Positions 11,189 to 20,380 of a stretch of 64,000 bases of DNA are shown here, piece by piece. Location of the stretch: contig JAUNOH010000002.1 in the NCBI GenBank assembly GCA_030537155.1, positions 59,816 through 123,815 on the forward strand, written 5' to 3'. The position numbers and the translations under genes are program-made. A model generated the notes under the pieces. It was not told the origin of the DNA. It was given only the letters and a program-made list of their open reading frames with translations, and searched no databases. The first letter of the stretch is position 1. Each line of letters begins with the position of its first letter. Source of the DNA: Bacillota bacterium (lineage in GTDB: Bacteria > Bacillota_I > Bacilli_A > RFN20 > CAG-826).

Positions 11189-11443
11189 ATGAGAATCGAC
11201 AAATTCCTCAAAGTCAGCCGCCTCATCAAGCGGCGGGAAATCGCCAAGGAACTCTGTGAGGCCGGGAGCGTCTCCATCAATGGCAAAAAGGCCAAGCCGA
11301 TGAGTGAGGTCAACGCCGGGGACGAGCTGGAGATTAAACTCGGTCATCGCGTGCTGACGGTCAAGGTAAACGAGACAAGAGAATTCGCCTCCAAAGAGCA
11401 GGCGGGGGCTATGTTTAGCCTTCTCAACGATATTTCACATTGA
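11189..11443 (+). CDS. S4-domain RNA-binding protein (YabO/Hsp15-like)
   Basis: 84 aa. MRIDKFLKVSRLIKRR S4 motif. Confidence 0.75.
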   Translation: MRIDKFLKVSRLIKRREIAKELCEAGSVSINGKKAKPMSEVNAGDELEIKLGHRVLTVKVNETREFASKEQAGAMFSLLNDISH

Positions 11444-11561
11444 AAATCATTTTTGATGCAATTGCGGCATAAAAAATATTTTAATAGAGCCTAGCGTGAT
11501 ATAATCCTCGCGCTGCTCTAAAGAGCACCCATTACCCACAACCCCAAGAAAGGACGCCCCC

Positions 11562-13673
11562 ATGAACGACGGAGATAAGCAGCCAAGACGCAGTATATTG
11601 TCCTATATCCTCCCCTATCTTCTGATGGGCTTGACCATCGGCCTTTTCATTTGGCTGATCGTCTCCCAGCTATCGACTGGAACCGACACCTGGTATGTCT
11701 CCCAGTTGGATGAATACCTCGGATACACTTCCCACGTCGAGAAAAAAGAAGACGGTTCCTATGAGGCTTATTACGATTACGAATCAACCACTGATAGGAC
11801 CATCGTCAACGTCTCGGTGTCCCAAAGCTATAAAGCCGTCACCGTCACCGGTACCTATGTCAACCAAGCCCAATCGACCCGTTATTTCACGGTGACCATG
11901 GAAGAGGAGAAGTGGAATTCCGCCTTCGACTCCGTCATCAGCTACACCGCGGATAGCACCACCTACTCGATCACCGTTCAGCACGCCTCCTATTCCACCA
12001 TCTTCACGGCCCGCGCGACCGGTGTCATCTCCGTGACCGACGCCTTCGCCCAGTCCTGGTGGGATGTCTGGGGCCCGACCATCATCATGATGGGCGTCGT
12101 CATCCTCATCGGCATCTTCTTCTACTCGAGGCTCAATGCCTCCGTCAATGGCGCCAATAGGCAAGCCATGGATTTCAACCGCTCACCGGCCAAGAAAGAT
12201 AAGATCTCCAACGTCAAATTCGACGATGTGGCCGGCTGCGACGAGGAGAAGGCCGAGATGGTCGAATTGGTCGAATACCTCAAAGAACCGCAGAAGTACT
12301 CTAAGCTCGGCGCTAGGTTACCCAAAGGCGTCTTGCTCATCGGTAACCCCGGTACCGGTAAGACCCTATTGGCCAAAGCCGTCGCCGGAGAGGCCAAGGT
12401 TCCCTTCTTCAATATCTCGGGTTCCGACTTTGTCGAAATGTATGTCGGCGTCGGTGCCTCCCGTGTCAGAAACCTCTTCCGCCAGGCCAAGCAAAACGCC
12501 CCCTGCGTCGTCTTCATCGATGAAATCGACGCGGTCGGCCGTCAGCGTGGCGCCGGCTTAGGCGGTGGCAATGATGAGCGTGAGCAGACCCTCAACCAGT
12601 TGTTAGTCGAGATGGATGGCTTCGCCCCGAACTCCGGCGTCTTGATCATCGCCGCCACCAACAGGCAAGACATCCTCGACCCGGCTCTCCGCCGTCCCGG
12701 TCGTTTCGATAGGACCGTCACCGTCTCCCTCCCCGACAAAAAGGGACGCGAGGCCATCTTCAAGGTCCACGCCCGCAACAAGAAGATCGACCCCAACATC
12801 GATTGGGGCGCTCTCGCCAAGCGCACCGTCGGCTTCTCGGGCGCCGATATCGATAACGTCCTGAACGAGGCCGCCATCTTGGCCGTCCGCCGCAACCACG
12901 AATCCGTCCAAATCGAGGATATCGACGAGGCCATCGACCGCGTCATCTCCGGTCCGGCCAAAAACGGCCAGCGCATGACCGATCACGAGCGCAAGACCGT
13001 GGCCTACCACGAGGCTGGCCACGCCGTCATCGGCCTCAACTTGCCACATAGCGACAAAGTCCAGAAGATTACCATCATCCCGCGCGGCAACACCGGTGGC
13101 CATGTATTGATGACTCCCGAGGATGATCGCTTCCTGCTCACCAAGAGCGAGCTCCTCGCCCGCATCACTGGTCTATTGGGCGGTCGCACGTCGGAAGAAA
13201 TCTTCTTCCAGGACGTCTCCACCGGCGCCAGCAATGACATCCAGGAAGCCACCAGGCTCGCCCGCTTGATGGTCACCGAATTCGGTATGTCCGAACTCGG
13301 CCCCATCCAGTATGAGAACGCCACCGGCTCCGTCTTCCTCGGTAGGGATTACACCAACACCCAGAAGAACTTCTCGACCCAAGTGGCCTACGAGATCGAT
13401 AAAGCCGTCAGGCAGATCATCGATGACGCCCATGAGCAGGCCAGGAAGCTTCTCACCGAGAAGAAGGATCAGGTCATCCTCATCGCCGAGACCTTGCTCG
13501 AAAACGAGACCATCACGGCTGAGGAGATCGACGAGCTATTAGCCAACGGCAAGATCGCCAAGCACGACCGCAACGGCAACATCGTCTCCCCCGATACTCC
13601 GGTTGAAAAACCGGCTGAAGCCGAAGTGGTGGAGGCCCCTAAGGCCGAAAACGATCCGCCCAAAGGCGAATAA
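11562..13673 (+). CDS. ftsH: ATP-dependent zinc metalloprotease FtsH
   Basis: Two N-terminal TM segments. AAA Walker [12 protein letters not shown] region. HEAGH zinc motif. 703 aa. Confidence 0.95.
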   Translation: MNDGDKQPRRSILSYILPYLLMGLTIGLFIWLIVSQLSTGTDTWYVSQLDEYLGYTSHVEKKEDGSYEAYYDYESTTDRTIVNVSVSQSYKAVTVTGTYVNQAQSTRYFTVTMEEEKWNSAFDSVISYTADSTTYSITVQHASYSTIFTARATGVISVTDAFAQSWWDVWGPTIIMMGVVILIGIFFYSRLNASVNGANRQAMDFNRSPAKKDKISNVKFDDVAGCDEEKAEMVELVEYLKEPQKYSKLGARLPKGVLLIGNPGTGKTLLAKAVAGEAKVPFFNISGSDFVEMYVGVGASRVRNLFRQAKQNAPCVVFIDEIDAVGRQRGAGLGGGNDEREQTLNQLLVEMDGFAPNSGVLIIAATNRQDILDPALRRPGRFDRTVTVSLPDKKGREAIFKVHARNKKIDPNIDWGALAKRTVGFSGADIDNVLNEAAILAVRRNHESVQIEDIDEAIDRVISGPAKNGQRMTDHERKTVAYHEAGHAVIGLNLPHSDKVQKITIIPRGNTGGHVLMTPEDDRFLLTKSELLARITGLLGGRTSEEIFFQDVSTGASNDIQEATRLARLMVTEFGMSELGPIQYENATGSVFLGRDYTNTQKNFSTQVAYEIDKAVRQIIDDAHEQARKLLTEKKDQVILIAETLLENETITAEEIDELLANGKIAKHDRNGNIVSPDTPVEKPAEAEVVEAPKAENDPPKGE

Positions 13674-13686
13674 AGCAAAAACGAAT

Positions 13687-13715
13687 AGGCGCGTTAACCG
13701 ACGCGCCTTTTCTTT
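13687..13715 (+). terminator. rho-independent terminator after ftsH
   Basis: AGGCGCGT-taaccg-ACGCGCCT hairpin followed by TTTCTTT. Confidence 0.6.
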
Positions 13716-13781
13716 GCTGGAGCGTATCCCCAGGATAACGCACGCATCAGGCGTAGAATATAGAAAAGGAAAAACACACAA

Positions 13782-14321
13782 ATGAAGAAAATCTTATTTA
13801 TAGTCGGATCCACCAGAAAGGGATCCTTCAACCGCCAACTCGCAGAAGTCGCCAAAGGGCTTCTTGAAGGCAAGGCCGAGGTGTCTTATCTCGACTTCTC
13901 CGCCCTCCCCTTCCTCAATCAGGACGAGGAATACCCGGCCTCTGCTGAATTAGGCAGGATTCGTCAGGAAATTAAGGACGCGGACGCCCTCTGGGTTTTC
14001 ACCCCGGAATATAACTCCAGCTATCCCGGCTATCTTAAAAACCTGATCGACTGGCTCTCGAGGCCGGTTGTCCCCAACGATTATTCATCCCCGGTCATCA
14101 TCGGGAAGAAGGTTGCCATCTCCGGCGTGGCCGGGAAAAGCGCCGCGGCGGGGGCTCGCGGAAAGCTGCGCGAGCTATTGACGCTTGTTAAAGCGGTGGT
14201 GGTCGAGAAAGAAACCGGCGGTTCCTTAAACCGCGAAGCCATCGTCAGCGGCACCTATACCCCCGACGAGGCGACCCTCCTCGCCCTACAGGAAGAGGCC
14301 GAAGCCATCCTCTCCGATTAA
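13782..14321 (+). CDS. NAD(P)H-dependent FMN reductase family protein
   Basis: MKKILFIVGSTRKGSFNRQLA... flavodoxin-like NADPH-dependent FMN reductase pattern. 179 aa. Confidence 0.8.
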   Translation: MKKILFIVGSTRKGSFNRQLAEVAKGLLEGKAEVSYLDFSALPFLNQDEEYPASAELGRIRQEIKDADALWVFTPEYNSSYPGYLKNLIDWLSRPVVPNDYSSPVIIGKKVAISGVAGKSAAAGARGKLRELLTLVKAVVVEKETGGSLNREAIVSGTYTPDEATLLALQEEAEAILSD

Positions 14322-14385
14322 TCGTGAGCCCGTTGGTCGTTATCCGATGACCTCCGGGCTTTTTGTTTATATAATTCCCGCGATG

Positions 14386-15342
14386 AAGATCGGAGACGTC
14401 GAGATAAAAGGTAAGGTCGTCCTCGGCCCGATGGCCGGGATAACTAGCCTCCCATACCGCGAATTCATGAAGGGATTCGGCGTCGCCCTTTCCTATAGCG
14501 AGATGATCTCCGACTGCGGTCTTATTTATGGCAATGAAAAGACGGAGGAATACGTCGCCACTTCCTCTAGCGATCGTCCGGTTGGATTGCAGCTATTCGG
14601 CCATTCGGCTGAGCATGCGGTTAAAGGTATCGCCATCCTCGAAAAGATCGCCTCGTATGACATTTTGGACATCAATTTGGGATGCCCTGTTCATAAAGTC
14701 GTGAAAACCGGGGCCGGCAGCGCTTGGCTAAAAAATCCGCCAGCCCTCTATGACTACATGAAGGCGATATGCGAGGCCTCCCATAAACCCGTTACCGCCA
14801 AGATAAGGCTTGGCTGGGATGATAATTCCATCAATGTATTTGAGGTTGCCCCGATGTTAGAAAAAGCCGGGGTTAAGGCCATCACCGTCCATTGCCGGAC
14901 CTCAACCCAGATGTATTCCGGGAAGGCCGACTACCACAAAATCGCCGGTTTAAAAGAAAAGCTATCCGTGCCCCTGATAATCTCCGGGGATATCTTCAGC
15001 GTCGATGATGTGAAATGTGCGCTTGAGGTTAGCAACGCCGACATGGTCATGGTGGCTCGGGGAGCGGTTGGGCATCCCTTCCTCGTCAAGCAGATCGATA
15101 CCTATCTGACCACGGGGGAGATATTGCCAGACCCCGCTTTGAAGCAGCAGGTCGAATACGCCTTAACCTTCGCCAAGATGCTGGTGGAGGATAAAGGCGA
15201 GGATGTCGCCATCCGTCAGCTCAAGGGCATCATCCCACACTTCCTAAGCGGGTTCCCCGGATATAAGAAAGTCAGGCTGGCCATAACCCAGGAAATATCG
15301 TCATTAAAACAGCTGGAAGCGCTTTTATCCCAACTGGCCTAA
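14386..15342 (+). CDS. dus: tRNA-dihydrouridine synthase
   Basis: LGPMAGITSLPYREF and NLGCPVHKVV motifs of the Dus family. Start placed at the internal ATG (MKIGDVEIKG). The ORF-track start is 14347. Confidence 0.8.
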   Translation, partial: KIGDVEIKGKVVLGPMAGITSLPYREFMKGFGVALSYSEMISDCGLIYGNEKTEEYVATSSSDRPVGLQLFGHSAEHAVKGIAILEKIASYDILDINLGCPVHKVVKTGAGSAWLKNPPALYDYMKAICEASHKPVTAKIRLGWDDNSINVFEVAPMLEKAGVKAITVHCRTSTQMYSGKADYHKIAGLKEKLSVPLIISGDIFSVDDVKCALEVSNADMVMVARGAVGHPFLVKQIDTYLTTGEILPDPALKQQVEYALTFAKMLVEDKGEDVAIRQLKGIIPHFLSGFPGYKKVRLAITQEISSLKQLEALLSQLA

Positions 15343-15431
15343 AAATAAATGTCTCACAATGTGAAAAAATGTCTTCCAATTCATTTTGAATTGCGATAAA
15401 TAATACGCCGTTAGGAGTATATAGCCGTTAT

Positions 15432-17276
15432 ATGGATAACGAAGAAGAAAGAAAGATAGCCGCACTTAAGGCGCGTGACGAGCAAGCTATCAAAGAAAGC
15501 AAGAACCTCCATATCATTAAGCGTTTGGCTAAGTATATGGCAGGCTATTGGCCCTACGTTTTCGCCGCGTGGGGATTGTGCGTCTTAGAGGTCACCTGCG
15601 AGGTCCTCGTCCCATTCTTTAGCCAATACCTAGTGGCCGCCATCGAAGCCGACGCCGGAGTCGATGTCTCCGCCCTCTGGTTTTGGGCGATCATCATGTT
15701 GGTGATGGCCGTGGCCTCAACCGCCTGCGGCATAATCGCCGGCTTCATGGCCGCCAAAGCCTCGGCCGGCTTTGCCAGAAACCTCAGGCAGGCCATGTAT
15801 TACAAGGTCCAGGAATACTCATTCGCCAACATCGATAAGTTCTCCGCCTCCTCCTTAGTCACCAGGATGACGACCGACGTCACCAACGTCCAATTCTCCG
15901 TCCAGATGATCATGAGGATGGTCATCAGGGCCCCATTGATGATGATCGCCGCCCTCGTTTTGGCCACCGTCACCGCCTGGCCACACTGGCAAATTCCCGT
16001 CACCTTCCTCTGCATCATCCCCTTCCTGGCCATCGTGCTATTTGGCATCGCGGCCATCGTCCACCCGACCTTCGTCAGGATTTTCAACGCCTACGACGGC
16101 TTGAACGCCTCCGTTCAGGAAAACCTCGAGGGCATCCGCGTCGTCAAGAGCTATGGCCGCGAGGATTTCGAGGGCGAGAAGTTTGGGAAAATCTCCTATT
16201 TCATCTACCGTAACTTCGTCAAAGCCGAGACGCTACTGGCCTTCAACTCCCCGGCAATGCAGATCGCCATCTACACCGCCACCTGCTGCATCTCCTATTT
16301 CTGCGGAAAGATGATCATCGACAGCAACGGAACCGATTTCTCCATCGAGCAGATCACCCCGTTACTCAGCTACATCATGATGATCCTCAACTCCCTGATG
16401 ATGCTCTCGATGGTCTTCGTCATGGTCACCATGTCCCGCAACTCCGCCGAGCGTATCGTCCAGGTCGTCATCGAGGAGCCGAGCTTAAAGAGCCCGGAAA
16501 ACCCCATCATGGAAGTCCCCAACGGCGAAGTCGTCTTCGAGCACGTCAATTTCCGTTACTTCAAAGACTCCCAAAAGAACGCCTTGGATGACATCAACAT
16601 CAATATCCCCTCCGGCTCGACCGTCGGCATCATCGGGGCCACCGGATCGTCCAAGACCACTTTAATCTCTTTAATCGCCCGTCTATATGACGTGAGCGAG
16701 GGCTCAGTCAAAGTCGGGGGCCACGACGTCCGCGAATATGACCTCAAAGTCCTCCGCGATTCCGTCGCCGTCGTCTTGCAGAAAAACGTTCTTTTCTCGG
16801 GCACCATCCGTTCCAACCTGCTTTGGGGCAACGAGAATGCCACCGACGAGGAAATCAAGCACGCCGCCCATCTGGCCTGCGCCGATGAATTCATCGACCG
16901 CTTCCCCGATGGTTACGATTCCAAAATCGAGCAGGGCGGCACCAACGTATCAGGCGGCCAGAAGCAGAGGCTTTGCATCGCCAGGGCCCTATTGAAGAAG
17001 CCGAAGATCCTCATCCTCGACGACTCCACCTCGGCCGTGGATACCGCCACCGACGCCAAGATCCGCCGCGCCTTCAAGGAGGAGATCCCCGACACCACCG
17101 AGTTCATCGTGGCCCAGCGTCTTCTCTCCATAAAGGATTGCGATCAGATCCTCATTTTGGACGATGGAAAGATCATCGCCCACGGTACCAACGACGAATT
17201 GATGAAGACTTCGCCGGTTTACCAAGAACTATATGAAACCCAGATGAGTGGAGGTGACTTCGATGCCGCAGAATAA
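15432..17276 (+). CDS. ABC transporter permease/ATP-binding protein (exporter half-transporter, subunit 1)
   Basis: Six-TM domain followed by an NBD with Walker A GATGSSKTT, signature LSGGQKQR and Walker B ILILDD. Confidence 0.88.
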   Translation: MDNEEERKIAALKARDEQAIKESKNLHIIKRLAKYMAGYWPYVFAAWGLCVLEVTCEVLVPFFSQYLVAAIEADAGVDVSALWFWAIIMLVMAVASTACGIIAGFMAAKASAGFARNLRQAMYYKVQEYSFANIDKFSASSLVTRMTTDVTNVQFSVQMIMRMVIRAPLMMIAALVLATVTAWPHWQIPVTFLCIIPFLAIVLFGIAAIVHPTFVRIFNAYDGLNASVQENLEGIRVVKSYGREDFEGEKFGKISYFIYRNFVKAETLLAFNSPAMQIAIYTATCCISYFCGKMIIDSNGTDFSIEQITPLLSYIMMILNSLMMLSMVFVMVTMSRNSAERIVQVVIEEPSLKSPENPIMEVPNGEVVFEHVNFRYFKDSQKNALDDININIPSGSTVGIIGATGSSKTTLISLIARLYDVSEGSVKVGGHDVREYDLKVLRDSVAVVLQKNVLFSGTIRSNLLWGNENATDEEIKHAAHLACADEFIDRFPDGYDSKIEQGGTNVSGGQKQRLCIARALLKKPKILILDDSTSAVDTATDAKIRRAFKEEIPDTTEFIVAQRLLSIKDCDQILILDDGKIIAHGTNDELMKTSPVYQELYETQMSGGDFDAAE

Positions 17277-19224
17277 GAAACCCCACAGGGGTGAACGTCT
17301 CAACATGCGCCAGTCCCTCAAGATGTTCGGGCGCTTAGTTGGGATCATGTTTAGGAAATATCCCGTCTTGTGCGTGGTGGCCATATTGGCCATCTGCCTC
17401 TCCGTCTTAGCCTCGACCATCGGTAGCTTCTTCACCGGCTCCGTCTTGGTTGGCGGCTACATTACCTACGCCCTCACCGGCGCGGTCGAAACCTCCGGCA
17501 GCTCCCTCCAGCCAGTCATCGAGGCTTTGGTTGAAAACACCACCCTCATTCAGGGCGTGCTGATTTTGGCCGGCATCTACACCGTCGGCTTCCTCTGCAC
17601 CTACGTCTACCAGATTTTGGTCTGCGTCATCGGGCAGGGGACCCAGAAGTCGATCAGGGATCAGCTGTTCAAGCACATGGAGACCTTGCCGTTATCCTAC
17701 TTTGATCAGCGCGTCCACGGCGACATCATGTCGGTCTACACCAACGACGTCGACACCCTCCGCGAGCTTACCTCCCGCGTCTTGCCGATGATGATCCAAT
17801 CCATCGTCCAGATGCTGGCTTGCTTCGTGATGATGGTCATCCTCAGCTGGTATTTGACCATCGTCGTCATCTTCTTCACCATCCTCATCCTCGTCACCAT
17901 CTCCTTCACCACCAGCCGTTCCTCGAAATACTTCATCGCCCAGCAGAGGGCCTTGGGTGCCACCGACGGCTACATCGAGGAGATGATCTCTGGGCAGAAA
18001 GTCGTCAAGGTCTTCAACCACGAGGAAAAGGCCAAAGAGGGCTTCGATGAGTTAAACGACGCCCTTTGCGAATACACCACCAAGGCCCAGAAATACTCGA
18101 TGATCTCCGGCCCGGTGGCCAATAACTTAGGCAACATCCAATACGTCACCCTCGCCTTGATCGGCGGCCTCATCATCGCGGCCAACACCGAAAACCCGAT
18201 CCTTGGCGTCGGGGTCATCATCTCCTTCCTCTCCCTGGGCAAAGCCTTCACCATGCCGATCGCCCAGCTAGCAAACCAGATCAACATGTTCATCCTCGCC
18301 ATGGCCGGGGCCGAGAGGATCTTCGCCATCATGGATGAGCAGAGCGAAACCGATGAGGGCTACGTCACCTTAGTCAATGCCATCGAGGGCAGCGACGGCG
18401 AGCCCGTCGAGGTCTCCGAAAAAACCGGCAAATGGGCCTGGAAACACCCCCATACCGCCACCGGAGACGTCAGCTATACCTGGTTGAAGGGCAAGATCAA
18501 CATGTATGGCGTCGACTTCGCCTATATTCCTGGCAAGACTGTCCTCCACGACATCTCGCTCTGGGCCGAGCCGGGCCAAAAAGTCGCCTTCGTCGGACCC
18601 ACCGGGGCTGGCAAGACGACCATCACCAACCTCTTAAACCGCTTCTACGACATCGAAGATGGCAAGATCAGGTTCGACGACATCAACATCAACAAGATCA
18701 AGAAGGGAGACCTCCGCCGGGCCATGGGTATGGTCCTCCAGGACACCAACCTCTTCACCGGAACCGTCAAGGAGAACATCCGTTATGGCAACCCCGAAGC
18801 CACCGACGAGCAGGTCATCGAATCGGCTAAATTGGCCAACGCCCACAACTTCATCATGATGCTCCCGCAGGGTTACGACACCGTCTTGGAGAAAGCCGGC
18901 GCCGACCTCTCACAGGGCCAGAGGCAGTTGCTCTCCATCGCCAGGGCCGCCTGCGCCAACCCGCCGGTTTTAGTCCTTGACGAGGCCACCTCCTCCATCG
19001 ACAGCCGCACCGAGAAATTGGTCCAGCAGGGGATGGACGCCATCATGAATGGCCGCACCGTCTTCGTCATCGCCCACCGCCTCTCGACCATCCAAAACTC
19101 GGACGTCATCATGGTCCTCGAGCAGGGTCACATCATTGAACGTGGCTCCCACGACGACCTCATCAAGGCCAAAGGCAAATACTATCAGCTCTACACCGGG
19201 GGACAGGTCACTTCCAACGAATGA
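17263..19224 (+). CDS. ABC transporter permease/ATP-binding protein (exporter half-transporter, subunit 2)
   Basis: TMD plus NBD (GPTGAGKTT, LSQGQRQL, LVLDEAT). Start placed at ATG 17263, which has a GGAGGTG RBS. The ORF track gives 17248. Adjacent to subunit 1, suggesting a heterodimeric exporter. Confidence 0.85.
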   Translation: MPQNKKPHRGERLNMRQSLKMFGRLVGIMFRKYPVLCVVAILAICLSVLASTIGSFFTGSVLVGGYITYALTGAVETSGSSLQPVIEALVENTTLIQGVLILAGIYTVGFLCTYVYQILVCVIGQGTQKSIRDQLFKHMETLPLSYFDQRVHGDIMSVYTNDVDTLRELTSRVLPMMIQSIVQMLACFVMMVILSWYLTIVVIFFTILILVTISFTTSRSSKYFIAQQRALGATDGYIEEMISGQKVVKVFNHEEKAKEGFDELNDALCEYTTKAQKYSMISGPVANNLGNIQYVTLALIGGLIIAANTENPILGVGVIISFLSLGKAFTMPIAQLANQINMFILAMAGAERIFAIMDEQSETDEGYVTLVNAIEGSDGEPVEVSEKTGKWAWKHPHTATGDVSYTWLKGKINMYGVDFAYIPGKTVLHDISLWAEPGQKVAFVGPTGAGKTTITNLLNRFYDIEDGKIRFDDININKIKKGDLRRAMGMVLQDTNLFTGTVKENIRYGNPEATDEQVIESAKLANAHNFIMMLPQGYDTVLEKAGADLSQGQRQLLSIARAACANPPVLVLDEATSSIDSRTEKLVQQGMDAIMNGRTVFVIAHRLSTIQNSDVIMVLEQGHIIERGSHDDLIKAKGKYYQLYTGGQVTSNE

Positions 19225-19739
19225 TGGCCACCCCGAAGCTAGAAAGGCAATCTCACGGATTCGGGCCCTGCTACGGGCCCGGATCCGTTATTTTGATTCT
19301 CGGCTCCTTTCCCTCCCTAAAAAGCCGGGAAATCGGTTTCTACTATTCCCATCCATCGAATCGGTTTTGGAAGCTCCTGGAGGCGATTTACGGCGATTTG
19401 GCGCCCTCGACGCCAGAAGGCCGGGCTGAGTATGCTATAAAGCACGGCTTGGCCCTCTATGACTCTATAGAGTCCTGCCACATAAAGGGGAGCGAGGACG
19501 CCAGCATAAACAAGGTCGTGCCCACCGACTTAAAGCCCATCTTCGAAGCCTGCCGGATAAAGACCATCATCCTAAACGGCAAAGCGGCCGAGAAGTATTT
19601 CCATCGATATCAAAAACCACCCCAGGGAATTGAGGTGGTTGTTCTTCCTTCGACTTCCAGCGCGAACGCCAAATACTCGTTGGATGATTTGACCAGGGAA
19701 TACGGTCCTTATTTGGTCTCTTCCTTAGGGGCTTTGTAG
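19221..19739 (+). CDS. uracil-DNA glycosylase superfamily protein (DNA-deoxyinosine / mismatch glycosylase-like)
   Basis: ILGSFPS...YYSHPSNRFW motif pattern of the UDG superfamily. ATGA overlap with the upstream ABC gene. Confidence 0.55.
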   Translation: MMATPKLERQSHGFGPCYGPGSVILILGSFPSLKSREIGFYYSHPSNRFWKLLEAIYGDLAPSTPEGRAEYAIKHGLALYDSIESCHIKGSEDASINKVVPTDLKPIFEACRIKTIILNGKAAEKYFHRYQKPPQGIEVVVLPSTSSANAKYSLDDLTREYGPYLVSSLGAL

Positions 19740-20269
19740 ATGAATAGCTTCCTCGTCACGAAGTTCCAGACCATCGTGAAGGCCGTCTTAAGGGCGAAGG
19801 TTATCGAATAAGCCCAGAAGGTGGCGACGTCGCTGGAGAAGAGGGTGGAGAAGTTGATGTTGATGATGTTGATGTCCCAGCCGCTCCACTCAAGGCAGAT
19901 CATGTAGCCGAGGAAGGAGATGATCGAGCCGCCGATCAAGCCCAATAGGCTCCATAGGAGGAACTTCAAGGTCCCTTTGATCGACTTGGCCTCCTTTTCG
20001 GATTCCTCGCTGACGTTTTGAAAGCCCCAAACGGAAGTGAGGGCCCAGGAGGCGGGGGTCGAGATGACGAGACCCAACACCGAGATCAGGAAGAGGATGA
20101 AGAAGGCGGCGATGTGGTTTTCCGCATTCGCGGATACCCAACCCTGCAATAACGAGGTCAGCCACACCTCGATGACGTAATCCAGGATGGTGGCATACAC
20201 CCCGATCACCACGAAGCGGATGATCTCCCAGAGGAGGCTGTTGCGGTTTTTCAGATCCATAAAACGCAT
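19709..20269 (-). CDS. GtrA-family membrane protein
   Basis: 186 aa with 4 TM segments. RFVVIGVYATILDY N-terminal and FVTRKLFIY C-terminal motifs typical of GtrA. Confidence 0.65.
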   Translation of the reverse strand: MRFMDLKNRNSLLWEIIRFVVIGVYATILDYVIEVWLTSLLQGWVSANAENHIAAFFILFLISVLGLVISTPASWALTSVWGFQNVSEESEKEAKSIKGTLKFLLWSLLGLIGGSIISFLGYMICLEWSGWDINIININFSTLFSSDVATFWAYSITFALKTAFTMVWNFVTRKLFIYKAPKEETK

Positions 20270-20380
20270 AGACTTTATACCTTGCCAGCCCCTTTGCCAA
20301 CACCCGCGGGGGCAAAAGCGGGCCTGCGCGTTTATTTTCGGCGCCTGTTGGGGTATATTACTTCAGCGCGAGGTTAGAGT

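Noticed and set aside
7604-19152. Many short ORFs within mfd, ftsH and the ABC exporter genes (e.g. 8350-8559, 9129-9494, 11784-12164, 12122-13103, 17692-18021, 18432-18830).
   Set aside because: These are alternate-frame or antisense overlaps of long well-supported genes. Their products are Arg/Pro/Ser/Gly-rich with no RBS support.
20270-20380. GC-rich structured segment upstream of lysS was considered as a T-box or L-box riboswitch.
   Set aside because: At about 110 nt it is far too short for either element, and it lacks the specifier/T-box consensus. It is more likely a divergent promoter region shared with the GtrA-like gene.
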